From Gekko japonicus (lineage: Eukaryota), in the NCBI RefSeq assembly GCF_001447785.1, contig NW_015159786.1, forward strand, positions 196,331 to 257,581: DNA of 61,251 nt. The letters are read 5' to 3'. Under the pieces are notes generated by a model that was given only the letters and a program-made list of their open reading frames with translations, did not search any database and had not been told where the DNA came from. Position numbers and translations under genes: made by a program. Numbering within the stretch: the first letter of the stretch is position 1; every line of letters begins with the position of its first letter. This document shows positions 26,292 to 39,775 of the stretch, piece after piece.

Positions 26292-27079
26292 TGTCATGTT
26301 CTGTGTTGGACTGGGCGACAAGGCCTAGTGAGGTCTAGGCCCAGGGGAGACCTGTGTGGCAGTGGAAAGCAGACACAGCCTACAATCCCCACAATGCTTA
26401 GCGATGGTTGTAACCAATCAGGGTCCAGGGGTTCTATGAAGAGATTGTGACTTAAGCTGTGTGGGCTGTGAAACTGCTCTTTTTCCTCACAGAGTTAAAC
26501 TGACAGGACAGTTTAGTCTGGGGAAAAGATCCCTCACTTGGGACAGAGTGAGTAAAGGCACAGGCCTGGCATAAGAGGCTGTGGGTCTTGAACAGTAACA
26601 AGCAAGAGAAATAGGTAGCCACATTAGATTTGTTTTATTTTGCCTTTAGACACTGTTTATATACTTTAAGCACCGTGCCTTGTTTTCAGCGCCCCCTTAC
26701 TTGTATTAATAAACCATTTGTTTAATGCTCTCTGCCTGGTCATCACGCCTATATTTCTCAGCTGTAAAGGGGCATTCTGGTTGGGCTTGGGAGGGTACTC
26801 TGGGCATTCCCAAGGGACCCTAAGCAGTGTTCCCTCTAAGCTGAGTTAGTGTGAGCTAGCTCACAGTTCTTTAGCCTCCGGCTCACACATTTTTGTCCTA
26901 GCTCATTCATCATGTTAAAATAAAACGTTCCATAATCAATTTTTTTTCTTTTCTTTTTTCAATTTTTCCAGTTTTTCGGAAAAAAACAAAAAAAGGCTTC
27001 AGGAAAAAAATGGGGAAAAACCGTTTCCCCCCTAATTTTTCCGGTTTTTTTCAGGGCCTTCACATCTCTAGTCATGACA
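26292..27079 (+). mobile_element. Solo LTR with internal MITE insertions
   Basis: TGTCATG...CATGACA termini; 5-bp TSD gatgg; AATAAA near 26708. Confidence 0.75.
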
Positions 27080-27348
27080 GATGGGTTAAGTTGAAACTGT
27101 GTGACTAGCCCAAGGTTACCCAGCGAGCATCTATGGCAAAGTGGAGATCTGAACTCTGAACTGCTGCACCGCACCAGCACATACGAAGTGCCTGTACAGC
27201 CTGTCCTGGGACAGATGTTCTCCTTGCTTCTTCTCGGGCGGTCTGAATGTTTCTTGTGGTGCTCCCCAAAGCTCTCGTCCTGCCTTAAGGCATGCCACGG
27301 CACTGCAGCTAGGCTGGCGGCTCAACGGCCTTCTCTCCTTCTCCCCAG

Positions 27349-27604
27349 GTTTCCTCAAAGAGCAACAGGAGACCCTTTTCCACCCTCCGCTTCCCCCTCG
27401 GAAGGTGGCAGCAATTCAGCGCTTGGGCTTTGGGACCAACAACAAAGTCTTCCTGGAATTCGAGCAGCCGTTCTGGGAGCCGGACTGCCAAGCTGTCGAG
27501 GTGGTGTGGGAGGAGGAGTCGCCTCTGGCCGAGACCCCCGCTGACTTGCCGGCGGCCTGGTTCCGAAAGATCGGGGCCTTCGTCGTTCTCCACCCACCAG
27601 AGAG
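27349..27604 (+). CDS. PAOX: PAOX exon 4
   Basis: ccccag| FLKEQQETLFHPPLP...IQRLGFGTNNKVFLEFEQPFWEP... |gttggt. Confidence 0.95.
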
Positions 27605-28593
27605 GTTGGTCGGTTTTGTTTGACTTTGGGCCTGCTCTTATAGGGGAAAGTCCATCGGAAGTGGGGTTTGTGAGTAGGCCTTTCTACGGGCATAAGAACA
27701 TAAGAGACGCCAATGTTGGATCAGGCCAAAGGCCCATCCAGTCAAACACTCTGTGTCACACAGTGGCCAGAAATACCAGGTGCCCTCAGGAGGTCCAGCA
27801 GTGGGGCCAGGACACCAGAAGCCCCTCCCACTGTTGCCCCCCCCCCCAAGCACCAAGATGACAGAGCATCCCTTGCCCCAGACTGAGAGTTCCTATAAGA
27901 ACATAAGAGAAGCCAGTGTTGGATCAGGCGAGAGGCCCATCCAGTCCAACACTCTGTGTCACACAGTGGCCAGAAATACCAGGTGCCCTCAGGAGGTCCA
28001 CCACTGGGGCCAGGACAGAACTGGAGAGAGAACAACTGTTGCTCCCGGCAGATTAAAGAGGAAATACCTACTGTCAGTGTCGATTTCCCCCAGGAGCCAA
28101 CATTAACATCTGTAACATCAGTTAAAACAGGTGGTGGTGGTCTGAAGCAGTAGAACACATTTAGAGTGAGTCCAGGGTCACCTTTCAGACCAACAAAGGT
28201 TTATTCAAGGTAGGAGCTTCCATGTGTGTGCACACAAGATCTCGTACTTTGAGTAAAACTTTGTTGGTCTTAAAGGTGCCACTGGACTCTAAATTTGTTC
28301 AGTTAGTAAAAGCAGTCTTCATATATTGCTATCGCTGGAACATGTTTTTAATTAGCCAGAGAAAACAAGGTTGCGTTTACCTGTTACCCCTGTTCATCAA
28401 GTGGTCTCCTTTGCAGGCGCACTTGGGATCTGTGTATATATTCTGTGCTCCTAGGTCAATTGCAAGGATATATCAACCAGAATAAAATAGCCCAGATCCA
28501 CTGAGGGGAGTGGGTGGCTGAACACGGAAAGCCGATCCCATTGGCGTAAATATGCCATCCTCATACTCTTTTGGGTAGGGATTAGCTACATGG

Positions 28594-28950
28594 AGGAGCT
28601 GCGGTGGCTCAAGTGGTTAAGAGGCTGAACTGCAGGCTGTGGAAGGTCGGTCGTTCAGCAGTCCGAGACCCGAGTGTGCCGCATGACGGAGTGAGCTCCC
28701 GTCTCTACTTCCAGCTCCTGCCAACCTAGCAGTTCGAAAGCAAGAAATTGCAAGTAGATAAATAGGTACCACTTCGGTGGGAAGGTAACAGCGTTCCGTG
28801 CGCCTTGGTGTTTAGTCATGCCGGCCACATGACCACGGAAACGTCTTCGGACAGCGCTGGCTCTTCGGCTTGGAAACGGAGATGAGCACCGCAACCCTAG
28901 AGTCGGACTCGACTGGCTTTCGAGCAAGGGAACCTTTACCTTTACCTTTT
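28594..28950 (+). mobile_element. Sauria SINE with 11-bp TSD
   Basis: TSD tagctacatgg at 28583-28593 and 28951-28961. Confidence 0.88.
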
Positions 28951-29083
28951 TAGCTACATGGGATTCTCCTTATCGTCCATGTTATGAAGAACTGCAGCCA
29001 CTGCTGAGAGTCACGTGCTGAGAACTAAAAGGAACCCAGAACATCACACGAAATCCCCATTTTCCCTTTCGACCCGCCTCTGA

Positions 29084-29338
<255 letters not shown>

Positions 29339-30721
29339 TAAAGATGCTGGCGTGTCAAAGAGGTCCAAAATCTCCCTCTTCTCCCCCCAACTCTTCCCTT
29401 TCCTCGAAAACTGAGTGTTTGTGGTTACCAGCTCATGAGGTGATTTTGAGACTGCGGTCTCCAGAAGAAGCGGCATAGGAGATGAACCAGTCAGACCACA
29501 GTGAGGTGGACTACCTTTGGACATCTCGTGGCACTGCTAATGGAGTTAGAGGGCCAGAAGTCTAGTTAAATTCCCCCACCCATCGTGAGGGGTGCCCTGA
29601 TAGCCAGTTTCGTGTAGTGGTTAGCAATGCTCCCTCTAAGCTGCAGTCTTGTGAGCAAAAATTCTACTTTGTGAGCTACTGGCATTGAAGTTGTGAGCAA
29701 GCAATTTGGCTGCTGGATAAATCAGTTTGCTCTGGAGCCATCCTTCCTGAGCCAAGACAAAAATGTGTGAGCTGGAGGCTTAAAAACTGTGAGCTAGCTC
29801 ACCCTAACTCAGCTTAGAGGGAACACTGCTCACAGGGTATCTGTTGTGGGAAGGGAAAGGAGTTTGTAAACTGCTCTGAGACTCCGCATGAAGCTCAGGG
29901 TATAAATCCAATCTCCTCTTCTTCCTCTTCTCTTCTTGTTCTGGCTTACCCCTTGACAGCAGCGAAAGATGATTGGTTGAATCCAGGCTAAACGGGCAGC
30001 TCGCTTAGGGTCTCCCCCCCCCCCCCGGGCACGGTATCCGGGAACTCTCCNNNNNNNNNNNNNNNNNNNNNNNNNNNNNNNNNNNNNNNNNNNNNNNNNN
30101 NNNNNNNNNNNNNNNNNNNNNNNNNNNNNNNNNNNNNNNNNNNNNNNNNNNNNNNNNNNNNNNNNNNNNNNNNNNNNNNNNNNNNNNNNNNNNNNNNNNN
30201 NNNNNNNAGGGGGGGGGGGGGAACGGCCAAGACTTCCCAGCAGTGTTCCCTCTAAGCTGAGTTAGTGTGAGCTAGCTCACAGTATTTTAGCCTGCGACTC
30301 ACACATTTTTGTCTTGGCTCAGGAAGGAGGGCTCCAGAGCAAACTAGTGTATGCAGCAACCAAATCGCTCGCTCACAACTTTAATGCCAGTAGCTCACAA
30401 AGCTGGATTTTTGCTCACAAGACTCCACAGCTTAGAGGGAACATTGTCCGTAACCCTTCTGTATTAAACCTCGGCGTGAATGGCTGCTGCTTTTGTTTTA
30501 CCAGACAGTGCTGCGGTCCCGTCCCCCTGCCCCCCACCCCCACCCCTTTTTAGGTCTCAGACGGCCGCTGTGGTTCAGACTTGGGGCTAGCCTACTCCAC
30601 AGTGTGGCCCACACGCCTGAGTGAGGGCTACAGTCATTTCATGCCACTTTGAAGTACATTTTTAAAAGGAGGGCAGGCAGGGAGCGTGCCCACGAGCGCC
30701 CTGTCTTTCCCCATGAATCAG

Positions 30722-30879
30722 GAGACCCACGCCTGGCCCCTCCGAAGAACATCCTGAGGTCCAGGTGGCGCAGGGAACCCTACACCAGAGGCTCCTACAG
30801 CTACGTGGCCGTGGGCAGCTCCGGAGATGACATCGATGCCCTCGCCCTGCCACTGCCCGAGGAAGCGTTGGATCCCAAG
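30722..30879 (+). CDS. PAOX: PAOX exon 6
   Basis: aatcag| DPRLAPPKNILRSRWRREPYTRGSYSYVAVGSSGDDID... |gtaagc. Confidence 0.95.
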
Positions 30880-30959
30880 GTAAGCTCTTGGCCGCATCGG
30901 GCAGGCCCCGCTGGGTGTTCACAGTCTGCAACGCGGGCTCCGTGTCCACCGTTTCCTGA

Positions 30960-31241
<282 letters not shown>

Positions 31242-31291
31242 GCCTGTGGCCGGCCGGCAGGAGAACCACTCCTCTTCCCACAATCGTCAAG

Positions 31292-31351
31292 AGAGGTGGC
31301 ACGGGAAGAGGTGGCACGGGAAGAGGTGGCACGGGAAGAGGTGGCACGGGA
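31292..31351. repeat. 15-bp minisatellite x4 in the PAOX 3' UTR
   Basis: (agaggtggcacggga)4. Confidence 0.9.
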
Positions 31352-31485
31352 GCGGGCCCTGCTCTCTGCAGCCTTTTGACCCGTCTGCTGGGCAGATGCT
31401 GTCTGTCTTCGGGAGCCCATGGCCAGGTGTACCAATGCCAAAGGGCTCCTGACGCTTTTTCTGTGCGCAACAGATAAGCCTTCAG

Positions 31486-31491
31486 AATAAA
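31486..31491 (+). promoter_or_regulatory. Probable PAOX polyadenylation signal
   Basis: First AATAAA, about 245 nt after the stop codon. Confidence 0.55.
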
Positions 31492-31732
31492 TAGTAACTC
31501 TCTGGCAAGGCAGTCCTTCTTTGCAGTTTATCCTATGGGGTGTGTTATTTTCTGCACTGAAGGACTCAACACCGATCAGTTAGAACTGGGATAATGTTTA
31601 GATCCAAATGCTCATGTTCAAGGAGTTGATGCTTCTCTTCTGTTAAATTCTCTTCTTAGCTAAATTTGAGTCTCGGGTAGACAGACTTTTGGAGTGTTAG
31701 CTGTGTTACGGCTCATGTTCTGGAAGACATGT

Positions 31733-32128
31733 CAGGGCTTTTTTTGTAGAAAAAGCCCAGCAGGAACTCATTAGCATAATAGGCCATACCCAACAGCAGG
31801 AACGCATTAGCATATTAGGCCACACCCCTGACCGCACAGCTCATTTGCCTATTAGGCCACACCCCCATGTTACCAGAAGTGTGGTCATCCAGCCATACCC
31901 ACCTTTTACTTCTTATTCTCTTTACCTTGTTTGCTGTCAAAACCCAAGACTTTTTGTTTGGAGCAGGAACCCCTTTGTATGTTAGGCCACACACCCCTAA
32001 TGTAGCCAATCCTAATGAGTTTCTGCTGTTGGGTGTGGCCTATTGTTAATTAGTTCCTGCTGGGCGTGGCCAACTCGGGAGCCAGCCAGAACTCCGTTCC
32101 TATGCGTTCCTGCCCCAAAATAGCCCTG
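31733..32128. mobile_element. hAT-type MITE family B (opposite orientation)
   Basis: Reverse complement of 24818-25211. Confidence 0.8.
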
Positions 32129-34126
32129 CATGTGATGGGTCATTCCTCTTCTTCCTCCCTGGCACAACCTGGGGATTTCAGTAGGCTGGAAGGGGCGGGC
32201 CTTCCCCGGATATTTAAAAGAGCAAGAAACGCCTCCCTGCATCTTGACGTGCACGCTGGTGGCGTACTAAATGATAGTCCTCTGTAGTCCTTTTCCTTGG
32301 CCTCCACAGTTCGTCCATCCCATAGTGTCCCGTGCTGTCCCATTCTTGCCCCTCCCATTCGCCGGTGTCGGCAGCCATCCAGTTTTTGTAGTTCACCCAA
32401 AGCTCTTCTTGGCATGGATCTAAGAGTCTGGTTAGTCTCTTCACTCTGGGCTCGGAGACCCAGGTTGCTACACCCATCTCAAAACCCACGTGGGTGTGAA
32501 CGTCCCGGAAAGACTGGACCAAAGCAGGTTTTGGGGAAACTCACACTGGTGCTAGTAGAAAATCCAGAAGATGGGCGAATACTTCCTGTGTGGAGGCCCA
32601 AATTAAAAATGCTGCTGTCGGGGGAGGCATGGTGGTAAATGCCCCGTGTGGAGAGAGAGTCAAGAAGCAGCAGGAACCCCACCCAAGGTCAAAGGCTGCC
32701 GTCCTGTGGACATTTATTTGTTACATTTATACCCCGCCCTCCCCGCGAATGGACTCAGGGCGGCTTACAAAGGTCGGTACAACGTACCTGGTCTCCATAA
32801 AACATTAAAACATTTTAAACAAATTAAAACAGTCATACAGTTAAAATACTCCAGTAGTTAAAGTGCTCACAGCCTTAGTCGGTACTTCATTAGCTTAAGT
32901 GGCACTCTCTAAGATGTGCCTCCAAAATTCCTAGCTCAGCGATCCTCTGGCCTCCTGCGGAGATATGGCTCTCTCTCCACGCTAGGGCCGGCCCTGTACC
33001 ACAGATGTTCAATAGTGGTAGTTGGTGGTAGTGGTGGGCGGCTCCTAGTTGAAAGCCTGGTGGAAGAGCTCCGTCTTGCAGGCCCTGCGGAACTGTAGAA
33101 GGTCCCGCAGGGCCCTGATCTCTTCCGGGAGCTCATTCCACCAGTAAGGAGCTGCCACTGAAAAGGCCCCGGCCTAGTGGAGGCGAACCTGGCATCCTTA
33201 GGGCCTGGAATAATTACTTAACCTGGTGGAAAGTCCCGTCAAGTCCCAGGTGAGTTGACCTATGGTGAACCTGGAGGGTTTTCAAGGCAAGAGAATTGAG
33301 GGACAAGGGGTTACCTGAAAGACTTATCGGTTGCCCAGGTAACCACATTTTGTGAACTTGAACATGCATTCAGTTCTGTGCCTTAGAGAAGTCGTTGGGC
33401 GTACCTGGGCTCTTGGTGGGGCAGGGAGAGGTCCCTGTGTCTGTTTCCAGTTGGGAGGAGGACAGTTCAGGTGAGCAGGAAAATCAGGCAACTGGTGACT
33501 CTTTCATACTAGACCGTCTTCAATGGGCATTATCCTGTTAATCCACTGTTTGACAGTCTTCTGGCTTGAGCTGGAGGAAGTGGTCACAAAAGTGGTCTCT
33601 TACACACCCAGGGATCAGGAAGCAATTTTCCTCCAGGCCCGTTCTGGCTAGGGGTCCTGGAGGGGTTGGGGAGGCATGGAACAGGGGGTCACTGGGGGTG
33701 TGGGGGGGAGGTATTTGTGAATTTCCTACATTGTGTGGGGGGTTGGACTAGATGACCCTGCTTCAGAAAGTTTGAGAAGCTACTTACTTTAGGAATATCT
33801 CCCACAAAATCAGGTGGACCAGATAAGTGGTGTTGATATCCAAAGCTTTATAGCCGGTTCCGCAGCACATGGTGGGAAATGCCACATTTGTGAATGAAGG
33901 AGCAGTCAGGTGCAAGAGCCCAAGGAGACTGCCTTGAGAGCCGGAGAAGGCACCAGGCCAAGGCGAAAGGGGCTGTTTCTTTCCCAGGCCTTTATTGGGA
34001 GGCGGGGCTGGCTTCCTCACCACAGGCACGGCGGTCCTTCATAGCAGAGGAGTCTGAGCAGGGACTTGTCTGACTGCATGCCTCGACAACAGCAGCCGGG
34101 GGGCGGGGGGTTCCAGAGGAACCAGC

Positions 34127-34368
34127 CTAATACCAATTGGTGCAGGAGATAAGGTAGCGCGTATCGTCCAGTATGTCCAGGAGCCATGCCTGGCAGTGAG
34201 TGTGGGCGGCTGGCCCTGGCTCCCCTTCAGAGGGCACTGGTGCTACGGTGGGGGAAACGCATCCTTCACTGGGCAACTGTGAGCCCTGCACTACCCCAGT
34301 AACTGCTTCCTCCTCCTCTTCCTCCTGTTCCTTGGTGTTCTCCACTGGTAGGCTGGTGTCGCTCATTT
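34127..34368 (-). CDS. Candidate uncharacterised small acidic protein exon (79 aa from ATG 34366)
   Basis: Acceptor cttctgtctag immediately before AA-ATG; ORF MSDTSLPVENTKEQEEEEEEA...WLLDILDDTRYLISCTNWY*; AATAAA on - at 33991-33996. Confidence 0.35.
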
Positions 34369-36964
34369 CTAGACAGAAGGGTGGAACACAGGGGGAGAAA
34401 AGATTAGAATTGCATACAACCTGGCTATAAGAAGAGATTGAACGTATATCCCACCCTTCACTACCCGAAGGAGTCTCAAAGCGGCTTACCATCTCCTTTC
34501 CCTCCCCCTCCCCACAACAGGCACCCTGTGAGGTAGGTGGTGCTGAGAGAGCTCTCTCCAGAACTACCCTTGAGAGAACTTGTGACTGACCCAAGGTCAC
34601 ACCAGCAGCTGCATGTGGGGAATCAAACCCGGTTCTCCCAGACTGGAGTCTGTGGTCCTAACCATTACACCAAACTGGTTCTCCAAAGCGGTCCCTGGCA
34701 TTGATTCGACAAACGCAGAAAGGGTCTTCTAGGCAGGAGCCTCTCACTGCTAGAACTCCTTGCATGTACATTTTGTATTGGAAAAATTGGATGTACAACT
34801 AGTTCACATTTTATCCCTGATGTCAGCAGGGAAAGGGACAAGTAAATCAACGCAGGACAGGGTTTGTCATAGAATGTGGTTGGGTACCACTGTTCCGTCC
34901 AATTCAGTATTGTCCTCTCGCAGTAACAGCACCTCTCCTGGGTCTCGGGAACATAGACAGGATGACAGATCTTTCCCAGTCCTGTTGTGAGATCCTTTTT
35001 TCTGGAGACAGGACCATCTGTATGCAAAATGTGTTTTTCAAGCAAACCTTTACAGCCCCCTCTCCCCGGCTCCCAAGATTTGGATTCTCCAAGCAGCATC
35101 TCCTTGTCAGCCACACACACACAACTCAAGTGAACTGCCTGGCTTCCAGTTTGACTTGCAGTTTCCACGTTACACCACATGAAGGCTCACGGCACACCCA
35201 CAAACATATAAGGCCCAAAGCGCACCTGCATTTTGCCTTTGGATGGGGTGTCTAGGAGAGGATGACAGGCAGAGGTTTAACTGGATTTATCCTTCCTGAA
35301 GCCGGAGACCATGTCATGTGGGGGATCTTTCAGCACGAGTCCCAAACAGGCACCCGTGGCATAGGGTCAAGCCTTACAAAACATCCTGGATTGTGGCACA
35401 GAAAGTTAACCCATCTTTAGCCCATTTTGAGGTCGCTGTTTTACAATTTAGATCACCGTCCCTTCTTAAGGAGACAGGTGCTCATGCCACTGGACCCCCA
35501 GGTGAGGAGTACTTCAGTTCTAGTCCACCAGCTGAAGACGGGGGTAAACCATCTGAGGGCCCATCCATCCAAGTGCCAGAAGATCCGTGTTCAGAGTTCT
35601 CGCACCTAAGATATGGAACTAATGACCTGGATGATGCTGAAGAGTATTTGCTCACCATTCAGACCGTCAAACCTGCTTCATTGGCACATTTCCTCTTTCT
35701 CGGTCTCCCCCCACCCCCAAGGATACCAGGGTAACAACTATGGACGTTTGAGTTCGGTGGCACCTTTAAGGCCAACAATGTTTTGTTCTGGGTGTAAGCT
35801 TCCGTGTGCATGCACACCTTTCAGACCAACAAGGTTTAATTCTGGGTAGAAGCTTTCGTGGACATGCACACCTGTAAGACCAACAAAGTTTAATTATGGA
35901 CATACGTTTGTGTGCGCATGCACACAAAAGCTGATACCCAGAATTAAACTTTGTTGCCTGCACACAAAAGCTGAGTTGTTGTTCAGTCGCACAGTCGAGT
36001 CCAACTCTTTGCGACCCCATGGACCAGATCCCGCCAGGCCCTCCTGTTTTCCGCCGTCCTCTGAAGTTGGCTCAATTTCATGTTCGTTGCATCTATGACA
36101 CTGTCTAACCATCTCATCCTTTGCAATCCCCGTCTTCTCTGACCTTCAGTCTTTCCCAGCATCGGGGTCTTCTCCAGTGAGTGCTCCCTACTGATACCGA
36201 GAATTAAACTTTGTTAGATGCACAAGAAAGCTTATGGGCCAGCATTAAATTGTGTTGGCCTTCCAGGTGCCCGGCTGGACTCAAACTTTGCTCTGCTGCT
36301 TCAGACCAACTCGGCAACCCGCACTTGAATCTAACGACGGACCAGTGTTCCCTCTAAGCTGAGTTACTGTGAGCCAGCTCACAGTTTTTTAGCCACCGGC
36401 TCACACATTTTTGTCTTTGCTCAGGAAGGATGGCTCCAAAACAAACTAATTTATGCAGTAGCCAAATCGCTCGCTCACAACTTTAGTGCCAGTAGCTCAC
36501 AGAGTAGAATTTTTGCTCACAAGACTCCACAGCTTAGAGGGAACATTGCTACGGACCTAGGGGGTCGTTCTTAGGGTGGCTTTTAAATGTGTTAAATTTA
36601 AATTAGTTTAAAGAAAGAATTTTAAACATGAACAAAGACTTGACTCAGAGCACAAAACTACTGGGGGAGGCAGGGTTGCCAACTTCCAGGACAGATATAA
36701 ACATCATAACAAAATGTGTTAAAATGTAACGAATACTGTTTTTTCTTCAGTGAGTTCTATATTTTTCTCTCGGGGGGGGGAGCTGACCTCTGTCAGCTGG
36801 AGATCAGCTGTAAAAGCAGGAGATCTCCAGGCCCCACCTGGAGGCTGGCAACCCCCCTTCACCATTACCATGGAGGCCTACGCAACCCCNNNNNNNNNNN
36901 NNNNNNNNNNNNNNNNNNNNNNNNNNNNNNNNNNNNNNNNNNNNNNNNNNNNNNNNNNNNNNNC

Positions 36965-37500
36965 CACGCAATTTAACGCAACTCATAACAGCTTGGCCCC
37001 GCCCGCTTACCGTCCAAGAATCTGAGGCCCCGCCCTTCGAGCTCCGCACATGCGTCCTGCCCGCGAAGCCCTGCTGGGCGGCCTTAAGGAGCTCCCGAAG
37101 GACGTGCTCGCCCCCGACGACGTCACAGAACCGCCCTGCCGGATTGGCTGAGGGGGAAGCCTCGTTCTGATGTCGTCACAACCAACCGTTGCCGCGGGGA
37201 ACGGGTCCGTCGTCCTCCCCCTTCCTCCGCCGGAAAAGGTTGCAACTTCCGGTCAGGTGCCCCCCGCCCAGCAACGCGAGGAGATGCGGCTCCTGTCTTT
37301 CCTCCGGGCCCCGGCTGTGGGTTGGCGGGAGCGGTTCGACTGCGGCGGCCGGGAAGTGGCCCGCTGGTTCCCCGGGCACATGGCGAAAGGCAGGCGGGGA
37401 GCGGTGGGGAATGGGCCTTTGGTTCGTCCGTAGAGGCCGAGGGGGAAGAACAGCGAGGCACAGCTCCTGGACTTCCGGTTGATAACAGCTAGCGCCGCTC
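36965..37500. promoter_or_regulatory. CpG-island promoter of MTG1 (possibly bidirectional)
   Basis: CpG-dense; GC boxes; NRF1-like gcacatgcg near 37046; gacgtca 37119-37125; attgg 37143; ETS/GABP-like ccggaa 37230 and acttccgg 37245. Confidence 0.75.
37284..37389 (+). CDS. MTG1: Mitochondrial ribosome-associated GTPase 1, exon 1
   Basis: MRLLSFLRAPAVGWRERFDCGGREVARWFPGHMAKG, containing the RbgA/YlqF-family WFPGHMAK motif; donor appears to be GC. Confidence 0.9.
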
Positions 37501-39084
37501 TAGGAAGTGGCCTCTCTGTGGGGAGGTATCCATGGCGTTGCCAGGGAAACAGGGAGCGTGCGTATTAGGGGGACCCTCACAGCCAGTCCAGGCCGGATGT
37601 GGCCAGTCTCTAGGTGGGAACGTAAAGAAATCAAGCCGTGTGGAAAGACCCTGATAAAATGGCTAAATGCCATTTGCCTGTGATTGAGACAACACGCATT
37701 AGTGCACAAATGACAGTGATGCCAAGGAGCCAGTGTGTTCCCTCTAAGCTGAGTTAGTGTGAGCCAGCTCACAGTTTTTTTAGCCTCCAGCTCACACATT
37801 TTTGTCTTCGCTCAGGAAGGAGGGCTCCATTGGGATAGTATGAATGTAGAAATCTTATTAACCCCAGAGATAGCATTACTAAATATGATACCGGAGAGTT
37901 AGAACTACAATGATAAATTTTTGCTAGTATATATTTTGACAACTGCAAGGATGATGTTGGCCAGATATTGGAAGCAAGACATATCCCCCACTACAGAAGA
38001 AATCAGTTATAAACTCTTAGAAGGGGCAGAAATGGATGTTAAGCTTGATATTACAAGGGAAAGATGAAAAAGTATTTTTGGGAAGATGGGAAAGATTGTA
38101 TATTTGGATTGATAAAGTGTGGAATGTGTAGACTCAAAGATGTAAGGANNNNNNNNNNNNNNNNNNNNNNNNNNNNNNNNNNNNNNNNNNNNNNNNNNNN
38201 NNNNNNNNNNNNNNNNNNNNNNNNNNNNNNNNNNNNNNNNNNNNNNNNNNNNNNNNNNNNNNNNNNNNNNNNNNNNNNNNNNNNNNNNNNNNNNNNNNNN
38301 NNNNNNNNNNNNNNNNNNNNNNNNNNNNNNNNNNNNNNNNNNNNNNNNNNNNNNNNNNNNNNNNNNNNNNNNNNNNNNNNNNNNNNNNNCAGTGTTCCCT
38401 CTAAGCTGAGTTAGTGTGAGCTCACACATTTTTGTCTTAGCTCAGGAAGGATGGCTCCAGGGCAAACTAATTTAGCCAAATTGCTTGCTCACAACCTTAA
38501 TGCCAGTAGCTCACAAAGTAGAATTTTTGCTCACAAGACTCTACAGCTTAGAGGGAACATTGAAAGGAGCTATTAGGATATTTAGAAAATACAGAAATAA
38601 AGTCCAGACACTTAAATAAGAATGTCAGAAGAACACTGGAGTCCAGATGAACACAACATCTTGCGTTTGACAATCTTCAAGGTGGACTCCGGTTATTATC
38701 TTCAATAGTAGATTCGCTGTGATGTTTTCAGTTCTCAAAAGTTGATTTCAGATACCATCAAAAGTCAAATTTCAGAAGACAATATTTCAAAATGACTATA
38801 CAGTATACAGATGGAATCTATCAAGGTGAAGAAGTATGTACTCCATTACAAATCTGTATACTCATTTTGAAATTTGTCTTCTGAAATTTGACTTTTGATG
38901 GTATCTGAAATTTGACTTTTGAGAACTGAAAACATCACAGCAAATCTATTATTGAAGATAGCCGGAGTCCACCTTGAAGAAGATTGTTGAAACAAAAGAT
39001 TTATCCAGAATCTTTGTTGCATTATCTATACTCCAGTGTTCTTCTGAAGTTCTTATTTATGTATTTGGACTTTATTTCTGTATA

Positions 39085-39775
39085 AGGGAAGATCTTTTCT
39101 CACTAACCTGTTAGTGTTCTTTGAGGGGGTGAATAAACGTGTGGACAAGGAGGACCCAACAGATGTTTACCTTGACTTCCAGAAAGCTTTTGATAAACTT
39201 TCTCATCAAAGGCTCCTAAGTAAGCTCAAAAATCACGGGATAAAAGGACAAGTCATTTTGTAGATCAGAAACTGGCTAATAAATAGGAAACAGAGAGTGA
39301 GTATAAATGGGAAATTTTCTCAGTGGAGGGTGGTAAGTAGTGGGTTACCGCAGGGATCAGTACTTGGTTCAATGCTTTTTAACTTGTTTATTAATGATTT
39401 GGAGTTGGGAGTTAGAACAGATAAAAGGAAGTCCTTCTTCACCCAAAGAGTGATTAACACATGGAATTCACTGCCACAGGAGGTAGTGGTGGCTACAAGC
39501 ATGGTCGGCTTCAAGAGGGAATTAGATAAGCATATGGTGCAGAGGTCCATCGGTGGCTATTAGCTACAAGGTATACATAGGGACTCCAGGGCAAGTGATG
39601 CTCTGTCTTCTTGGTGCTTGTGGGGGACGACAACAGTGGGAGGGCTTCTAATGTCCTGGCCCCAATGCTGGACCTCCTGATGGCACTGGTATTTTTGGCC
39701 ACTGTGTGACACAGAATGTTGGACTGGATGGGCCACTGGCCTGGCCTGATCCAACATTGGCTTATCTTATGTTCT
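39085..39775 (+). mobile_element. CR1 LINE, internally deleted
   Basis: DFQKAFD, WRVVSSGLPQGSVLG and FFTQRVINTWNSLP motifs, plus CR1 3' UTR and ttcttatg-type tail. Confidence 0.85.
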
